Positions 51,409 through 63,843 of a stretch of 64,000 nt of DNA are shown here, in pieces. Each line of letters opens with the position of its first letter. Position 1 is the stretch's first letter. This stretch comes from Klebsormidium nitens (taxonomy: Eukaryota > Plantae > Klebsormidiophyceae): the NCBI GenBank assembly GCA_000708835.1, contig DF237044.1, positions 62,001 through 126,000 on the forward strand, written 5' to 3'. Made by a program: the position numbers and the translations under genes. The notes under the pieces are model-generated. The model worked only from the letters and a program-made list of their open reading frames with translations. It was not told where the DNA came from and searched no databases.

Positions 51409-53180
51409 TAATTTGAAGAGATATGGCCTTGAATACCGATCGCGGTTTCAAAAGGGAATCTGGTTGCCCGGCGGTCACAACCAAGTAGGGCAAGGAAGGC
51501 AGCCTCTTGGAATCTCATAACTTTGCAGATCCGAGCCAGAAAGTCGGCAATCTGAGCCCTGATATATAGAAAATGAGATTGGTGAGTTACTGCTGCATTT
51601 TTGAGTATCTGCCCCCCATTCAAGAACTTCCCGAGACTTATATGCAGTCTGAGAGTTGACGACCTTTGATCAATCACTAGTGCCGCTCTCGACTTGGGAA
51701 TCGTTGCGTCGATTGGCTCTCAGAAGCGTAGTCGATCTCCTTACTCGAGTCCGACTAAGAGCGAATTTCGAACCACACGGATGCAAGAAAAGCTGGGCTG
51801 TTTTTCTTAGAGTGGCGGTGATGTTTGGCACACACATGGGGAAGAGAACGTTCCAAGGACACCCGAAGCCGAGTTCTGACGCTCGCTCAAATCCGCCCCA
51901 AAATCGTTCAGAACCCGACTGCTTTTGCCAAAGCCTAAACCTTAGCTTGCACTCGTGAGATGGTTCGGAGAAGCTTTCGTTGATCCGCCAAAGTAGTCAG
52001 CCTTCTTCGTTTGCAGCTAGTGCAAAGGTTTAAGCCTCATGACGAACAGAAAGATTGCCACTTGCCGAAACTCCATCAGCAAGCAATCTCTCCGCAGCTT
52101 GGCGCGCTCGACTGTGCTTTCCAAGTCGTGAATTGAGGGTGCGACCAAGATTGTTTTTCGTAGCGAAAGGAGGAAGATCAGAAGCCTAGATTACTCCCTT
52201 TCGAGATTGAAAAGCCAGTCCCTTTCGCAAAATTTGCCGACCAGTCCCTTAGTTGACCCGATATATATCACCGATATTGATCCTGAGCTCCCTCTCCAGT
52301 ACGACGACTTTGTGCCTGAAATTTGGAGCCCCGTACCGCTTCTTCTCATGCGATTCTTTAGGTCGTTTGCTCTGATCCAGCGGCTTTCCGGCTACGGCGG
52401 CAGCGGATATTATCGCGGTACTTGAAGCGCCGACACAAAAAAATTGCCACCTGGACGGAGCTTCACTACGGGGAGATGGAGCGAACCTTGAATTGGGCGA
52501 AGAAAGACGGACACCCATCTTGTATTTCGTGTTGTTAAGAGGGTGCGGACAGCCGGGGAGAATGGCGCAACAGATACGTCTGTATAATCGCGCGTGAAGC
52601 TGGCACCGTTCGAGTGCGGTTGGAAAGCGGAGACAGCAAGCATAGCGAAACAGATTGACGGCGAATTTTTTTAAACCTTAGCTTAGAGACTCTGCAATTG
52701 GGAGGGGGTCTTTGGACGCGAGTAGGTACATTGCACCAGTTTTTGAAGGGTGCAGCGGGCTCGTTCCGATGGCAAGGTGCTCCTTGTTGGCTATCCAATA
52801 GGTGCCTAGCAAGATACGTGAATACAGCATCAGGGACTCGCCTGCCCAGGGCTCTTTCTGGTGTTGATTCTAAAACCGTGCCAACGGCTACGAAATATGT
52901 ATGCAAAATCATGATTCGTTGGTTTTTTAAACGCAGAACTCGAAGTTGAAATCAATCGCCGGTCGCCCACTTGAGAAGCAAGATTCTGATCAGGTTTATT
53001 CAGGGCCTTGCTGATCCTAGCTAGTGCAGTCGAATGAGTAAAGGATGAAGCGCTTCAATTCGACAACTACTGCAGGCACGGCCTCCTGTCTATTAAAAGA
53101 CTCCCCGCCATGTATTTTAACCGCCCGCCTCAAAGTGTGCGTTGCCTGCGTGGCTGGCGCCGGCTGCCAATGTCATGTCG

Positions 53181-53292
53181 GTGTTAGAAGTATAACCCGA
53201 GTGGCGGCCAGTGCAGCCCGAGTGGCAGCGCGATAATACTTCTAACAGCGCCAGTGCAGCCCGAGTGGAAGCGCGTTAATACTTCTAACAGT
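53181..53292. repeat. Short inverted repeat plus about 43-bp tandem duplication
   Basis: tgttagaagtat (53182-93) is inverted to atacttctaaca (53236 and 53279). ccagtgcagcccgagtgg(c/a)agcgcg(a/t)taatacttctaacag occurs twice. Confidence 0.75.
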
Positions 53293-54527
53293 CGGAGTGA
53301 CCATCTTGTATGATCTCCATGCAAACGTACTTATAACACAGTATTTAGCATCACAACCGCGCGCTATCCACGCAGCCAGGCATCCATGCCCGTGCATCCA
53401 TGACATTCAGAGTCATGACTCTCTGAATCTAAATGCATCCTGATTTCAAGTTTAGCCTGCTTGCAGTGCTCGCGTTGCATGGCTTTGACAGATCACCGTA
53501 ATGTAAAACTGCCAGCTGCGCTCGCGGCCGCATGTGCGCATGCATTATAGATCGACGCATGCTGACTCCACGTACTGAGATGGTGGTTCCGAGGTTTCGA
53601 TATACGTGTACGTGCCTGGCCGCATGCAAGATGAGTCGGCCCGGGCGCGCCGGCGCGCATCATTGCCAGATAATATGCTCATATACAAAGATAATGTATA
53701 GACAACAATCGATTGCGGACTGATTAATATGATCAGGGCGCGGCCCAGCCGGCCGCCCCCACTGCCAGCAAGCCCCAGGCGCGCGGCATAGCCGATGATT
53801 CATATCACTGAGCCTAGAGAGGCTTAGTATAGTAACTGGCGGACTCAAAAGACAGCATGACGCCCGGTTGCCGTGCCAGCCCAACCATGGCAGGCGATCA
53901 TTGGCAGGCGATCATTGCCAGTGGATTCCAAGCGATCAAGCCTCATGGAGGATGAAAATAACATGCGCAGCATGCCATAATGCATCGGGGACAGTGTTGC
54001 CGGATCATAGCTCTCCCTCGGCCCGCGGCGGCCCACAATGATGGCACTACCGAGGAATTCCGAATCACTCTTGATTGTTGTGAAGCCTCGGAAGAGGGGT
54101 GCGTCAAACTTTGGAGACTGGGAATGGCAACCACTAGCACGTAGTAAAGCATGCGGTGCAGCTTCGGACAGGTAGCCTGGACAAGTATTGAGCTTCGCAA
54201 AAAAAAATCGACTAACCAACTTGTATTGATACTAATAAGTTAACAATCTATTTTAAGCGTGCGGGCGTTGCTGGCAATTTGTAAAGAGGCGAACGTACTT
54301 CGAAAGGCACGGCATATGACTCTGACTAATCTCTAGCTGAGTATCTCGTGTTAAGTTGCCCCACAATCACTTCAGTTTCCCGGGCAACCAGTCCTCACCG
54401 GCGGTATTCACGTGAGGTGCAGGAAGTCAATCTATGTTAGAGCATATCTGTTGAAAACTTTATTTAAGTAACGCCGCTTGCTCCCCCGCAGCTCTATTAT
54501 ACAACTCTGATATCCTAATTTACACGC

Positions 54528-57500
54528 TTACTTCGGCAAATCGAGCCGTTCAAGAAAACCAACGACCGCCTCAATAATGGCCGTATTCTTATAATACGTC
54601 GAATGAGCCAGCTGAAAGTGGCCTCGGACTTCCGACAATCTCTGCTCGAACACACAGCAGATACTCCGGAGTTCGCGCTCGAACTCGGCGTCCGAGATGA
54701 ACGGACTGTGGTCCACTTTGCGCAACTGCTTCTTCAACTTGTTGAACATCCACGAACTATCGGAGAGCTCCATCAATTTCTCCTCGTCCCACAAAAACGC
54801 ATACCTGCTCTCGAACCCCCCGGAAGACAGCCGCACATCATTGCGGCTGCCGACCACGTCAGTCGGCATCCCCGCTCCGCTCGTACCGCCGATGCCATGA
54901 TTGCAACCATTTCCAACGCAGGCGTGGCTCTCACCATCGACCGAGTTCTCTTCGAACATTTCCGGCTGCAATCGTCCCCCCCTGGGCAACGACTCGACTT
55001 TGAAACCCCCCCCGCCGTCGTTACTACTTCCGGTGAAAGCCGTAGAGGAAGGGGATCCCCTCGATCCCGTCACGAACGCAGAGGTCGAGAAGCTACTCTT
55101 CCATCCGCAAGACAGTTCTTCCGCCTCCGCTAAGATCCGCCGGACGTCCCACGTGTGGATGTCCCGGAAGGATCCCCCGAGCGTCAGCTTCTCCGCCGCA
55201 TACACGCTCGCCTTGTTGAGGTTCTCCGTGTCGAGCCCGAACGCCGCGCCGACGAGGATCTTCCGGAGCGTGCCAAACGTGTGGATCACAACCAGCTTCC
55301 CCACCCCCCAGAGAATCGTCCGCGGAATGAGATCGAGCGCGTTGATCAGCAGCGAGCGCAAGACGATCAGAAAGAAGAGCGCCCATTTGCTGAGGCGTGC
55401 GCCGCGGCGGGGAAACCGAGGGAAGGGCACCCAGCCTAGTGAAGACGTGGCACGCTTGACCAGGGGGAGGAGGTAAGCGCGCGCGGCGGGTTCGGTGCAG
55501 AGGGCCAGGGCGGCTTCGTCAAGCTTGCCGGCTTGGACCACGAGGGCGTGCATCGCAGGCGACCAGGGTACCTGTGATTTCAAAGGGGAAATCAGAAGCC
55601 TGCTTCTCGAAAGCGTTGACTTTAAGGCCATGATCCACGGTTGTTTGGTGGATGACTGTCTGGTTCAGGAATGAAAAGAACCAAGAATAAGGAGCTTCAA
55701 CTCACATCTCAAACCCTAATCCAACCCTAACCCAACAGTTTAACTTCTCCGCACCCGTACCCTCCCTAAACCCCACCCTAATTCCTTCCTAAACTGGCGA
55801 GCGTATCACTTGTGCCGCTTATAGTTCCGGATTATGATTCCGCTTATGATTCCGAGCTTACTCGGGGTCATTTTTCTAGGGGCTAGGTCATTTAAATGCA
55901 CCGCGGGCCGCCCTAGTCAGGAGCGAGCTGCAATAAGCTGACCACAGGGGCGAAGTCGGCGCTTCGCAACAGGAACAATGACCCAAAGTACTACTGACTG
56001 TTATTAGTCTTGCGACTCAACTGAGCTGAGTTGCTGTCACCATCCTTTGGCTGCGTGTTTGGTTACAACGTCGACCTAAGCGATGGCAGGAAGGGACTTG
56101 TTGCACCGGTTCTGTGCAGTAACACCTGAGGTTCGGAACAAGCATGCGGGCGCTGTCCTGTCCAGTCTCTCTGAAGCTAGAAGATTGAATCTTTTGGGGC
56201 CAGCATAGTTGCGCAAAGAAATGGCAGGGGGATTTTAAGGCAGAACAGATTCAAGAATAACTCCTTGAGAAAGGCAGAATTGAAGAGCCGGCGAATCCGT
56301 TACCCTGTCCATCTGCTCCATCTTGCTACTCCGAAGCAGTCTGCCTAAGAACAGCCACTCTTTCATCGACGAAGGGCATCAAACTCAACCTCATGACGAC
56401 TTGCTTCGGTACGTAACCCGTCCCATTGTATGTAACCGCCACTGTGCAAATCCTTACGACCGGACAGAACCTGCAACAGCAACGACCTTCTGCGGGGGGG
56501 CATTCACACCGACTTCGAGCCCACTCTTGTTGAAGCTTAGCTGCCAAGCCCCCCGGTGAAGATCCCCGGGTCCGCTCCGTTTCGACGGCGAAACTGACTT
56601 CCTGGTGGTGTTTAAGTTGCTATTAAGGTGGCGTGGTGAAGCTGTACGTACCTTATCCGAGTGGTACATGTTACCGCTCCGCAGCAACGTGCGCTCCGCC
56701 CACGACGCGAGATGCGCCACAAACAGGAAGATCGCAATAACTCCCGAGATCCAGCTCACGAGCCCGAGGCTGTAGTGGTCTGTCTGGAAGAGCCCGACCC
56801 AGATGCTGGTCGCGGTGAACGTGATGAGGTAACCGAGGAGGAAGGAGAACGTGAGCGAGACGGTGAGCTTGAAGCGCGCGCGCTTGGCCCAGTGCTTGTA
56901 GTAGAAGGGAGTGCCTAGGAAGACGACCTTGCCCAGGACGTTGCTGATCGGGCTGATCATGCGCCTGAGAAGAAAGAATACTCAAGTCTGTGCCATGCAA
57001 AAAGTACGCACTGCGAAAGCTGTCTCCGCATACGGATTCATTTTCTGGGACAAACAAGAAGGCTTCTGTTTCCCTGGCATGAAGGCTGTACCGATCGATT
57101 GCATCAATTTGAAACTCGAAAACGGACATCCGCAGAAATTGACGAGCGGAAGATTACCATCTGAAGATCTGACATGGCCTGAAGGATACGGTACGCGGCA
57201 AGTAATCATCAAGGGCCCGCGCAACTGTTCTCCGCAAGCCTAGCGTGCTGTCTTTGCTACACTGAAAGAGAAGCGGTTCACATCATTAGGACCGGGGGGG
57301 TAGCATTCGCTGGATCGAGTGCAAACTGAGGCTGTTTGAATTGAAAGGGCTGTTGCAAACTTTTGAACAGAGATTAATTCACGTTCCAGCACTTCTCGCA
57401 GCAAACAAGGATGCCGGAAATGAGAGTTGATTCCGAGACGGGTCATTCATCCTCCAGTAGAAGACCGATCTCGGACAGCTTTTTGCTTGAGCAAGAGACC

Positions 57501-60500
57501 TGTGTTCAGTTTGAAGGAATAAGAGTTGAAGGGACAGCAACAGTCTCGTCAAGTCTACGAAAGTAATCTCCCTGGAAACACTTTGAGTTGACCACCAACG
57601 AAGGAACTAAGAGACAGCAAGAATTTTGTCAAAGTCCACGAATAAAGTCTCTCTGGACACTTCAAATTGACTATCACAAAAGAACACTTCGTTTAGCCCG
57701 CACATTTCAGAGAAGGCCGCACAGTCCTTCGTCCCAACTGCAGGCTCCTCGCAAGAGCGCCACTGCGTGACAGCATTCAACAATCACAAATCCCGCAAAC
57801 ACCAGATTGTTGTGCGCGAGTTGTGAGCCTGACCTGCGGCTCAGATACTTCCGCTTCCTCCTCCGTCCAAGCCCGAGGCACCAATCCCACCAGTGGTAAT
57901 AGCCCCACGCGAACTGCTCGGTAGTGTGCTTCTCTCCTGCATCGAAAACCCCTCTTTCAGCACTTCAGATGCTATGAATAAATGCTTCAGCGAACTAGAT
58001 GCTTCATGCAAACTGCTCGGAAGTGCGCTTTTCCCCTGCAAAAACCCTCTTCAGCAGTTCAAAAGCTATGAATAACTGCTTCAGCGAATTTGATGCTTCA
58101 TGCGAGCTGCACGGAAGTGTGCTTCTCCCCTGCGTCGACAATTCTTTTCATCATTTCGAACGCTATTAAACACTGCTTCAGCGAACTTGATGCTTCATGC
58201 GAGCCCGTGACATCCGACTATTTCATCAGCAGCCAGCGAGCCAAGACGAGATGGCCCAAAGAGACGGTTCAATCGGTCATTGCCACTGGGTTCCGTTCAA
58301 CCCTATCTCAGCACCTGTCTCCTTTCTTGTACTTGTAGATTAAAGTGCAAGCGTTTTGAGGGGAGTGTGCTTCTCCCCTGCACTAAATAGCCCTCCTCAG
58401 CATTCCCGATGCTGTGATTAACTGCTTCGACGAACTCGAAGGGACTACAGCAGTCGCTCGGGCCTTCCATTGACTGCGGAAATGTAGATGTCAGAGACAT
58501 TTCTTGCCTCACCATGCCAATCGTGATGCAAAGCACGTCAACACACAGTTCTGAAGACGCTGATGTGCGTAGATGTCATCGAGCTTGGACTCAGTGTTCA
58601 TGTGTCCACCAGAGTGTCGCCGTTTCAGTCGCTCAAAGGGAGCCAATCTCGATGTCACAGCTACATCTAGATCTGGAATCATACACTATCCAGAATAAGA
58701 GAATCTCAACAAGAAAAGGATACCCAGTAAACGCGCTCTAGTGAAAGCTCAACAACATCCATAGAGCGCCTTCCGTCTATGTGGAGAAACGCCCCGTACA
58801 ACGAAGGGCCCCCCTGCAACCTGACCCAATAACACACAGGTTTCCAGAAAGTAGCCAGAAACACCCCTGAAGCGCCTCTTCGTCTGACCACTCAGGACAG
58901 GGTCAGGAAGCACTAGAGATCTTCAGACCGATATTGAGGACCTTTGGAAGTGATGACGTGGCGAACTCTGAGGCTTACGGAGGGGGCTTTTACAATCCAT
59001 GTTTGGTCAAACAGGCCCAACCTTGGGGTTTCCCAATAAACCCTTGACTTGTCACTAGTCATCAAAATGTCCTTGGTGTTGACTTCCAGAATCCAACATC
59101 CTTGACCCCGCTCAGAGAAATCTCTCATACCCAATCGAAGAAGAAGTGCATCCCTCACCGTTCGCGCCCCTCCAGACGACCAGAAACGGGTTGAGCGCCC
59201 CACAGCAAGAGACCCCTTCCACGCGCCGCCACTTTCTGAGATGCGCAACCTGCTCCCTGTGCTCCTCCTCAAACTGCTCGCGGATCGCCGTCGGCCAGTG
59301 CCGCATCGTGGACTCTGGCTCCAGCTTCCGAATGTACTGCTCAATGGCCTGCGGGGGATGCGCTGATTACTCATGACGATTCTTTAAACCAACATTAGCG
59401 GGGCAGGAGGAGAAGTTTGTTGGAACATATGCGATGCCCCCACGCGGCTGACAGTGCTTTATTCAATCTGCTCGATGGAATGGTTTGAAGGGATTGTTCA
59501 GAAATAATGATGCTCGAAGTGCAAATGGGATGTCCATGGCTTGCAAAAGTGAGATCAATTTTTGTCCATGTTGGTGTAATGGGGTTACGTTTGGACGAGT
59601 GAACGCAGAGGGGCGGTTGCAAGCAGCCCTTGCGACGCGTCTCGCATCAAGGTTCATATACCACCTCAGCCGGCCGTGGGGAGGGATCCCTCTCAAGCTC
59701 TAAAGGAATCTTTGCAACATTGTACGCCAATTGTAGTATGAAGTTAGGGAGGGCCTCCAAAAGACAAAGCCAGGAAACCAAGTTACTAATAACTCTTACT
59801 TAAGAACCATTGAAGCGCCTGATACACAGCCAGACTCCCTAGCAAAGCCACCACTGCTGATTCCATAGACACAGAGCGTCAGAAACGGGGCGGCTGGCAT
59901 ACCTTGAGGGCCACATTGCCCCCATGAGAGTGCGCGATGATGTGCACCCTGGCAGAGGGATCAACCTTCCCAATATGTTTGATCAGCTTGGCCAGGTTCT
60001 GACCACCTGAACGACAATACAGAAAGCATTGATATCAGCAGAGTCTTGGGGTCGATTACTCCCTGGCCCACTGACCGGGCAAGATTACAAATGTTTGATG
60101 TAGCTTTAAATGATGCGAATGTTTGCAGTAAATGCTTGAGCGAGGTCAACAATGGATAAAGCAATTGCCTGATGCAATTGTATTCCACGATCAAGCCACA
60201 CGAGTTCCTTCACAGGAATCAACAAGCACCACCGATGCTGATCTGAGATGAACTACAAGGTAGCACTGCCCTTCAACTGTTCTTTTCGCAACCCTCAGCA
60301 CACTTCTTTCACCAGATTGCTCTGTCTCTTGGCCTCTCATGGGACGAACAAGCCATCCCTCCTGTCCATCAGGAGAGAAAGTTGGTTCTTAAAACCTATG
60401 GTCCACTGCTCATTGGCAATTGTGTTCAAATACTGCACGTGTAGAGCTCCCTCTTTCAGTAACGGAACACCTTGCCGCACCCAAACAATTATGGTGAAGA

Positions 60501-61003
60501 ACAGATTCTTAGAAATTGGAATCAATAGAAGAGTGCAAGGTACCTTGCTGGCGGCCCTGGTCCGTGTTACTCGCATCCCAGTAGAAAGGATATGTCACTT
60601 CGCTTGGGGCCTTCGCTCCAGGGAGTGCTCTCCATACACATTCCGACCCAAGCGGCCCTTCAGCCAGTAAAGCAGCAAGCCTTCCGCAGAAGTTGTTTTG
60701 CTCTCCGGTAGGATCAGGATGGTGCCATTTGACTTTTCCTGGCTCGTTGCTCTTCACAAACGTCCCATGTACGACGAGAACGTAGTGCGTCTCCAACTCA
60801 GGATTGGCATCATTTGTCCGCACCTTCTGCTGGCTGGGGACTTGCAATCTGGAGATCTCAACCGAGACGTGCTCTTCGAAAGGTGGATAGAGGTCAGGGG
60901 TTGCTGCAACCTGGCTGGTCCAGTCTGAATTGCTCGACAGCAATGAGCTCAAACTGGTGGTCAATTTAGAGCTCGCAGACCTTAACTTTGAAGCCAGGAC
61001 CAT
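54528..61003 (-). CDS. Alpha/beta-hydrolase (lipase/esterase-like) with an internal transmembrane segment; exons 61003-60544, 60006-59903, 59348-59159, [unresolved], 56964-56652, 55571-54528
   Basis: Oxyanion motif HYVLVVHGTF, FYWDASNTDQGR, nucleophile elbow HIIAHSHGGNVALK, VVFLGTPF, two hydrophobic helices (LTVSLTFSFLLGYLITF…; LVSWISGVIAIFLFVAHL), and C-terminal AHSTYY. Junctions are GT-AG and phase-consistent except 59159->56964, which needs one more exon or another donor. Confidence 0.82.
55700..55800. repeat. CCCTAA-rich segment related to the core of the 51255 MITE (opposite orientation), inside the hydrolase intron
   Basis: ctccgcacccgtaccctccctaaaccccaccctaa vs the reverse complement of the 51.3 kb core ctccgcacccgaacccaccctaacccccaaactaa. 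Confidence 0.65.
57911..58440. repeat. About 94-99 bp tandem repeat (3 copies plus a displaced partial 4th) in the hydrolase intron
   Basis: Units start at 57911, 58010 and 58104 and share tgcttcagcgaaYtNgatgcttcatgc and ggNagtgYgcttYtcYcctgc. Partial copy at about 58362-58440. Confidence 0.85.
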
Positions 61004-61211
61004 TCTTGCCAGCCTTCAGCCTCTCAGTGCCACAAGGAGAACTGTCGAACAATTCTGACTCTGCAGCATTGTGCACCCATTGCCGACATCCACCAGAACC
61101 TAAATTGATTCTAAAAGTGTGATCGCCAACAGCTTTAGCTCCATTCACGTCGACTTCGTTGCAACGAAGAAATGAAGCTGCCAGGTCTTTCCACGGAGTT
61201 GCATAAGTAGT

Positions 61212-61355
61212 AGTTATACCATGAGAGCTCGGCGATATCGATGGTTTCGCGTCGAACGAGAGCTGATATCTCCCCGAGGGCGGAGCCCCGAGGGGGATAT
61301 CAAGCTCGAGGTCGACAAGAAACCTTCGATATCGTCGAGCTCGAATGGTATAACT
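61212..61355. repeat. 144-nt fold-back palindrome (MITE-like or hairpin RNA), followed by a perfect 12-bp hairpin at 61409-61440
   Basis: Outer arms 61212-61248 and 61319-61355 match at 33/37, and the inner part also pairs (gagctgatatctcccc / gggggatatcaagctc). Second hairpin: ctgatatacccc-tccgcggc-ggggtatatcag. Confidence 0.8.
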
Positions 61356-61919
61356 CGCTTATCGCTGAGTCCGGACATTGCATCGCCGTCGAACCTGCTA
61401 AGAGATTCCTGATATACCCCTCCGCGGCGGGGTATATCAGTGATATCTCCCCGCCACGTGATTCGACTTCGAAACATTTCTGATGGCTCCCGGCAAAATG
61501 GCTGAGCGAAAAACCCGGACGGGCGATAAGATTAGATTCCTAAGGAAGCCATGGTGTGCAGGCTGCAGCGTCCCTTGAATATCAGAACTTAGAAGCAGTG
61601 CTTTGCGAACTGGCAATGAACATTTCTCGAAAGACTGATCGATCAAAGTCCATTGTCGGGTTAGTACGGGTCCTTTCAGTCCAAGAGAACCCTGTTTCAA
61701 GCACGGGGTCCTTCGGTTAACCTGAATAAACTAGGTAGTTACATCTTAACCCACATTGTGCAATCCACCTCTTGACTCTTGGGAGAATTGGGGCGAAATT
61801 TCCCTCGCACCAAAAAGTATCTCGAGGAACAAGAAAAACAACTTCCAAGGAGGTTCTCTTTGATGGATAGTGGTGTTTCTACTAGTAGGAAGCACCCTTG
61901 AAGTTGACTGCCTCGTATC

Positions 61920-63843
61920 ATGGCCTCCACCGACCATGGTGATGGAAATCAGTCTCCGCTTAGGGGCGCCCAAATGCAGGAGGCCCGAAACAGGATGGCC
62001 GACGTTGGTGAGACGTTCAACTTCCTTAAGCTGCCCTCCGACTTCCAGAAAGCGGCCTGGTGCGCGCGCGTCGACCTCCTCAAAGAATTCCTGTCCAACC
62101 CCTTAAGGGAGGAGTTTTTGAAGCAGAGGGAGCCGCTCCTGAACTTCCCGGTTCTGCATTTGGTGGTGTTTGGGGCGCAGCGGCACGTGGAGCGTTCTGG
62201 ACCGCCTGGAGACTATCCTCAGGTATTAGGAAAGTCCCAATTGTGTTCTTCTGTTGTTCCGTTTTGAAACAAGAGCGCAGTCTGTGGAGTTTGTTCAGCC
62301 ACATCGGCTGTCAAATGTCTGATCTTGAAAGTGGACTCTAGTCAGTGCCATGCCACACATGCCTCCATTCCAAAGAAGAGAAGTCAATTTCATCTAGTTT
62401 TGTGCAATCAACCATACACCAAAGAACTTGAAAGAACTGGCAATGTTTGAGTTGATTATTTGAGGTGCGCAGCTCAAGGGGTGTCCTGTAATTCATCGCA
62501 CCGTAGTCTCCTTCCTTGTTTCTATCATGCTCATGTTCGCTCTACCTATTCCCAAAACCGTAATTAGACTAGATGCTACAAGAACCTGGCGTAGCCCGTT
62601 GTGGCGCCAGATCTCAAAGAATTAACCATCTTTATGGTTTTTCCAGGCCTGCCAGCTCCTCCTAGAGGCTGGCGCCAACGTGCACGCTCGCGATTGCAAC
62701 GGTTACACCGCTCTACACCACGCAACCTCCCACCACGCCCAACTGGACCTCGCTCGCCTCCTCCTGAAACACGGCGCCGACCCCAATGCTCGCAACCGCT
62801 TCGGCAACAACGCTCTGATGGAGCCGGTGATGCTCAACAACTTTGAGGCATGCAAGCTGCTGTATGATGCGGGGGCCGATCCAGATCTGGAGGACTTTGA
62901 CGGGTTTACTCCCAGGAAGACTGGGATGTCATACCCCGCGCTTCAAGCACTTTTTGCTCGGCGGCGAGAGGGGAGAAGTGGGGGGGAAGCACGGGGAGAC
63001 GCTCCTGGAACGAACGGAAGGGAAGGGGCTGGAAGAAAGCCACGGAGACCGGAGGATGAACTGGGGATGATATATTGCAGTTTGTGCGAAAGGAAGATGA
63101 CTCCGGTGGAAGCGAAGCGGTGCTCGGGGTGTCATGTTCGGCCGTACTGCAGCAAGGGTAAGGCTGTTGACACCATCCATCTTAAGTCTCTTGAAGGGCA
63201 GGTGGAATGTGGCTGAAGTTTGGAAACATTAGCGAGCCTTTGATTGGCATTGCGCAACATGACTCTTGAGTCTACGGGTTCTAACAGGAGGACGGACTCT
63301 GCCAACGAAAGTCTGACCAGTTGTGTTGTCAATGATGACTTAGGCTTCAAGTTCAGGTCAAGTTCTGGGCTTGATGAAAAACTTCACATTACGCTCACGG
63401 CAGCGAGAGTCTTGTCAAAGAATGGGCATACGAGGAGAGGCTATCGCTTTCTTGTTCTGTTGTCTCGAGCTGCAGGAATCGCTGGGAGCTATTCATCCAA
63501 CGTTAGAATGGTAGCAACCCCAGCTTCCGTGTCCCTCTGAACGAAGTGCATATCTTTGTGCACCAGTTCTTGTGCAAAGGCGACCCTTTCATATTGCCCT
63601 CGCAAAGTCGATGTAACTTTAATACTCTAATTCACTTCCTTTACCAAAAAGTTGCCTTTGTGTGCAGAGTGTCAGCGGAACGACTGGAAGGAGCACAAGC
63701 TGACGTGCAGAAAGGACTCCAAGCCGCATGAAGTCGTGGTCACGCCCGTAGTGCCGCCCGGTGTCATGTCGAGCGTCCCCCTCAGCCAGTTCCTTGAAGA
63801 TATGTCACGGGGGAGCGTCGCTGAAATAAGTGCGAAAGTCATG
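61920..63843 (+). CDS. Ankyrin-repeat + MYND zinc-finger protein (exons 61920-62222, 62647-63157, 63668-63843; continues beyond the window)
   Basis: Ankyrin repeats (LLLEAGANVHARDCNGYTALHHA…LLLKHGADPNARNRFGNNAL…LLYDAGADPDLEDFDGFTP). MYND finger CSLC…KRCSGCHVRPYCSK|ECQRNDWKEHKLTC split across a phase-1 intron. Exon lengths 303, 511 and 176 keep frame. Confidence 0.9.

Noticed and set aside
53770-53830. Helitron 3' end (hairpin + CTAG)
   Set aside because: The hairpin is short, its spacing to CTAG is atypical, there is no following T, and no 5' TC end could be assigned.
54603-55476. Plus-strand ORFs of 176 and 191 aa
   Set aside because: Antisense shadows of the GC3-rich last exon of the hydrolase gene.
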